This document shows, piece by piece, positions 37,080 through 40,468 of a DNA stretch of 40,468 nucleotides. Source of the DNA: Promethearchaeota archaeon. GTDB lineage: Archaea > Asgardarchaeota > Lokiarchaeia > Sigyniarchaeales > SOKP01. Made by a program: the position numbers and the translations under genes. Position 1 is the stretch's first letter. Every line of letters begins with the position of its first letter. The stretch covers positions 1-40,468 of the forward strand of contig RDOA01000032.1 in assembly GCA_011364925.1 (NCBI GenBank), given 5' to 3'. The notes beneath the pieces are model-generated. The model was not told the origin of the DNA. It did no database searches and saw only the letters and a list, made by a program, of their open reading frames with translations.

Positions 37080-37808
37080 ATTTCCAAAAAAATAGAGTTG
37101 GTTGCTCATCGTGGCGCGAGTGATCAAGTTCCAGAGAATACGCTTCGAGCATTTGAGAAAGCGATCGAGCTTGGAGCTGATTACATTGAATTTGATGTTC
37201 GAAAGACTAAGGATAATGAGCTGATAATTATCCATGATCCTCTCACGCTCCGGACAACGAAATACTTAGGTTTTGTTAACAAAATGACGCTTGAAAAAAT
37301 AAAGACTCTAAAAATTAAAATCAATCAAGAAATACCAACACTGAGAGAATTGATAGAACTTTCAGGAAATAAGATAAGATTACTATGTGAAGTTAAAGTA
37401 AGAGGTATCGCAAAATTATTATTAAAAATTCTTGAGGAAATGAGTGTAACTAAGTCCACTCTCATCATATCGTTCAAACACGATGTGCTACATAGAATAC
37501 AAAAATTAAATAATGACATCCAAGTCGGATATCTTGAACCTAGGGGCCTTGGATGGTTATTTGAACCTCTTTTTACCAAACAAATCATAAAAAAAGCAAA
37601 ATTACACAAGATTAATTTAATTAATATTCAAAAATGGTATTTAAAAAAAAGTATGGTCGAGCGCGCTCATCAAAATGGCATAAGAGTATTCACGTGGACA
37701 ATAAATTCTGAAAGACAGCTAAAACAAGCCTTAAATAAAGGTGTGGATGGTGTGCTGACTAATAACATTAATAAAATCCAAGCGTTACTTAAGAATTATA
37801 GATCGTGA
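37080..37808 (+). CDS. Glycerophosphodiester phosphodiesterase (GDPD); probable ATT start at 37080
   Basis: VAHRGAS...PENTLRAF...IEFDV...IIIHD...IPTLRE...WTIN...GVDGVLTN. GGTGA lies 6 nt before the ATT. Confidence 0.93.
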   Translation: MSKKIELVAHRGASDQVPENTLRAFEKAIELGADYIEFDVRKTKDNELIIIHDPLTLRTTKYLGFVNKMTLEKIKTLKIKINQEIPTLRELIELSGNKIRLLCEVKVRGIAKLLLKILEEMSVTKSTLIISFKHDVLHRIQKLNNDIQVGYLEPRGLGWLFEPLFTKQIIKKAKLHKINLINIQKWYLKKSMVERAHQNGIRVFTWTINSERQLKQALNKGVDGVLTNNINKIQALLKNYRS

Positions 37809-37825
37809 AACAAGTCTTTCACGAT
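37802..37825. terminator. Hairpin at the GDPD stop, between convergent genes
   Basis: ATCGTGAAA-CAAGTC-TTTCACGAT perfect 9-bp stem followed by T-rich sequence. Confidence 0.5.
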
Positions 37826-37929
37826 GATTTTTACATCAATACTAATTTTTTTAAAAGTTTATTTTTAACGCAAGAGTAGTATATAAAAAAGGGAGAAAAA
37901 AGGAGGTTATCAAACATCATTTTGATAAT

Positions 37930-38721
37930 TTAGATCTTTTTTATAGTTGCAAGCCATATCAACGCGTCTCCTATAGCTCCCTCTAATCCCCGTTTCTCTA
38001 TAGAATCAATTGACCACCCATCAGAAAAAAATTCATTAATCTCTCTTTGTGATACTCTCTGGGGACAAAATGTTTCAGGCATTAAGCTACTAAAACATAG
38101 CAAATAAAATACTCCTTTTTTGTTTAACAATTGGCTTAAAATTTTCACATAACTTTCTTTAAGATTCTCAGTTAAGCCATGAAACAATCCACAATCAATA
38201 ATTGTATCAAAAGTCCCAATATATGATGTAATATTAAAAACATCTTCTTCTAAGAATTTTAACTCAAGTTTTTTATCTTTGATTTTTTCTTTTGCTTTTT
38301 TAATCGCTAATGTTGAAAAGTCAATTCCTACTACTTCAAAACCTTTTAAAGCAAGAAATATTGCATCATTTCCTGTACCACACCCCATATCTAAAACTCT
38401 GCCATTTATCCCTTTTTTTTGAACTAATTCTTTAATTACTGTGTGTGGTTTATTATAATCCCAAGGAGCAATTCCACTATATCGTCTATCAAAATATGAC
38501 TGTTTGTAGATTGGGGGATTTAGAGTTCCATCTTTATTGACTTTTAGCTTAAAGTTTAGAAGGTTGTATATATTAATATAAATTGTCTCAAGAATTGGAT
38601 TATTTTCCTTTACTGAATCAATTTTCGTTAAAATAGCTTCTAAATCCCCAACTAATTCTCTAAATATGGAACTATTAAAAATCTTACCAAAATCCGGCTT
38701 TTTTGTTTCCTGTTGAAGCAT
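37930..38721 (-). CDS. Class I SAM-dependent methyltransferase (TPMT/TehB-like)
   Basis: APWD, RVLDMGCGTGNDAIFLA, GIDFS, FDTIIDCGLFH. Confidence 0.92.
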   Translation of the reverse strand: MLQQETKKPDFGKIFNSSIFRELVGDLEAILTKIDSVKENNPILETIYINIYNLLNFKLKVNKDGTLNPPIYKQSYFDRRYSGIAPWDYNKPHTVIKELVQKKGINGRVLDMGCGTGNDAIFLALKGFEVVGIDFSTLAIKKAKEKIKDKKLELKFLEEDVFNITSYIGTFDTIIDCGLFHGLTENLKESYVKILSQLLNKKGVFYLLCFSSLMPETFCPQRVSQREINEFFSDGWSIDSIEKRGLEGAIGDALIWLATIKKI

Positions 38722-38913
38722 TATTCACCCTCATTTATTTGACATTATACATATTTGTCATCATTATTATGTAATACCTTTTACTAAGTGGGTTTTATAT
38801 TTAAAGATTATCTTTAAAAAATCACCAAAATACCATCTTTTAAGGCACAATTTTGAGTGACTTTTAAAAAATTATCAAGAAGGTAAAAAATAAAGAAAAT
38901 ATAGAATATAAGT

Positions 38914-39738
38914 TTAAGTTTTTAATAGCTTTAACTTTTTCAGAAGTTGATTTATTCGCTTAATTAGGTAATCTACCTCTTCAGATATATCTTCAGTTAA
39001 GCGAACTGCACAAATTATAATTTCCCAGGCACTAATTTCATTCTTTGAGACTTTAATTATCTTTTTATAATTTTTATAATATGAGCTATAAAAAAGCTTT
39101 CTAAAAAATTTCGCTACTGCTTTATATACAACGGAGCGGGGAGGAGCATTTGGATCTGTGCCTCTCTTTAATAAATAGATAGTCCTCGCGATATCAGCGT
39201 GATGATTTCCAATTGTTAGATTGCTCCAATCTATTACGAATGCTTTATTATCTGTTATTAGAACATTATCAGGATGTAAATCTCCATGACATAGAGCATC
39301 TTCATCTTCTAGACTATAAAGATACTCAATTATTACTTCTTTTTGTTTGTTTGTTAGGAACGATGTATCTCGAATTCTCTGTTCAAAATAGGGTTTTTGA
39401 GGCCGCATTTTATTTACTTTTTGTTTATGCATTTTAGCGTGTAAATATCCTAAACACTTACCAAATGACCGAATCTTTAAAAGTTGTTTCGATAAATTTT
39501 CATTCATTGTTGCTCCATCGATGAGTTCATAAAGAATGCCCTCTCTATCATCTAACCTAATTTTACCGAAAACTTTTGGGGCATATTGATAATGCGTTTG
39601 AACCAACTCGCTAATCTTATATTCAAGATCTATTCTCTCTGCTGATACTTTCGATCTGAATAATTTAAGGACTTGATTTTCGCCCCATAGAAATACTTCC
39701 GCCTCTCTGCCTTCCCCTATTAAAGCTCCTTTTTTCAT
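38914..39738 (-). CDS. Aminoglycoside phosphotransferase (APH)-family kinase
   Basis: IGEGREAEV, VLKLF, CHGDLHPDNVL, IDW. Confidence 0.92.
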   Translation of the reverse strand: MKKGALIGEGREAEVFLWGENQVLKLFRSKVSAERIDLEYKISELVQTHYQYAPKVFGKIRLDDREGILYELIDGATMNENLSKQLLKIRSFGKCLGYLHAKMHKQKVNKMRPQKPYFEQRIRDTSFLTNKQKEVIIEYLYSLEDEDALCHGDLHPDNVLITDNKAFVIDWSNLTIGNHHADIARTIYLLKRGTDPNAPPRSVVYKAVAKFFRKLFYSSYYKNYKKIIKVSKNEISAWEIIICAVRLTEDISEEVDYLIKRINQLLKKLKLLKT

Positions 39739-39953
39739 AATAGTTTTTCTACAAGATTTTTAAGATAAGTGATCTACATAATAATAATTATTTTTCAATA
39801 AGAATAAAGGATTTGAATTCTAATATAAAAAATATAAAAAATTTGTAAAAATGAAAACCTACATTTTTTTATTTATTGCTTTTCCTCCTCTTCGAACTTC
39901 TGTGAAAGTTTCACAGTAAAAACCATATAACGAAGTCTATCGTTATAAAATAT

Positions 39954-40468
39954 ATGTTTGGAGTAAAAAAATATGATTTCACAAATAATAGCTTCTTGAA
40001 TAATGGTATCATACCTGGATCACCTTATTCATTTAAAGAGAACTTTGTTTGGTTAAAACGTCTTCTTACTGGTCCAAATACAAATAATGATAATAATGTT
40101 GATTATATCTCAAAACAATCTGTATTAAATAAAATCACGCCAAAATATACTATCTCTTTTATCGGGGATATATTGGATGTGAATTCGAGAGATTTATTAA
40201 TAGGCAAGAATGTTAAAAATTTTGTTAAGGGTTCGGATTTCCTAGTTGGGAATTTTGAAGCAACGATTACAGATAAAAACCTATTCAATGGTAAGCGTCA
40301 TAAACCACAGATTATGGATGCTCTTGCTGATCTCTTTAACCCAACAAAAACTTATTTATCAACAGCAAATAATCACAGTGGTGATTTCGGTGAGATCGAT
40401 TTCTTTAATTCTGTAAGTCAACTCAAAAGTCGTGGATTTCATGTATTTGGTACCGAAGAAACTCCTTT
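39954..40468 (+). CDS. CapA/PGA_cap family metallophosphoesterase, truncated by the window edge
   Basis: Manual translation: MFGVKKYDFTNN...TISFIGDILD...SDFLVGNFEATIT...STANNHSGDFG...GFHVFG. Confidence 0.85.
   Translation, partial: MFGVKKYDFTNNSFLNNGIIPGSPYSFKENFVWLKRLLTGPNTNNDNNVDYISKQSVLNKITPKYTISFIGDILDVNSRDLLIGKNVKNFVKGSDFLVGNFEATITDKNLFNGKRHKPQIMDALADLFNPTKTYLSTANNHSGDFGEIDFFNSVSQLKSRGFHVFGTEETP

Noticed and set aside
39973-40058. Short ORF with an in-frame TGA (MISQIIAS-TGA) as a second Sec candidate
   Set aside because: It is an alternative frame inside the CapA gene, with no Sec-like context and no SECIS seen.
1258-40288. Short antisense or nested ORFs in the track (e.g. 1258-1473, 4079-4426, 6011-6331, 17455-17883, 20155-20547, 35656-36015, 40103-40288)
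   Set aside because: They lie opposite well-supported genes and show the Ser/Phe/Ile-rich composition typical of shadow ORFs.

Overview
AT-rich, gene-dense archaeal chromosome segment, most consistent with an Asgard archaeon (Lokiarchaeia-like). It contains a ubiquitin E2, a gelsolin-domain fusion, a Rab-like pseudo-GTPase, a GPN-loop GTPase, LRR and TPR proteins, an intron-containing archaeal tRNA-Tyr, a TrmB regulator, a tungsten aldehyde:ferredoxin oxidoreductase and a geranylgeranyl reductase. The ORF track misses the E2 (1-498, minus), the tRNA-Tyr(GTA) with two introns (734-881), a CapA-family gene at the right edge, and a small single-pass membrane ORF (11751-11936, minus). That small ORF is the top finding. 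It has an in-frame UGA in a GGG-UGA context and is followed immediately by a eukaryote-type SECIS-like hairpin, so it is a candidate new Asgard selenoprotein. Also notable are a candidate ~170-nt structured ncRNA (7831-7999), an IFT52-like GIFT-domain protein, three genes that appear to start at ATT, and a gene bracketed by 19-bp direct repeats. All family assignments come from motif recognition by eye; no searches were run.
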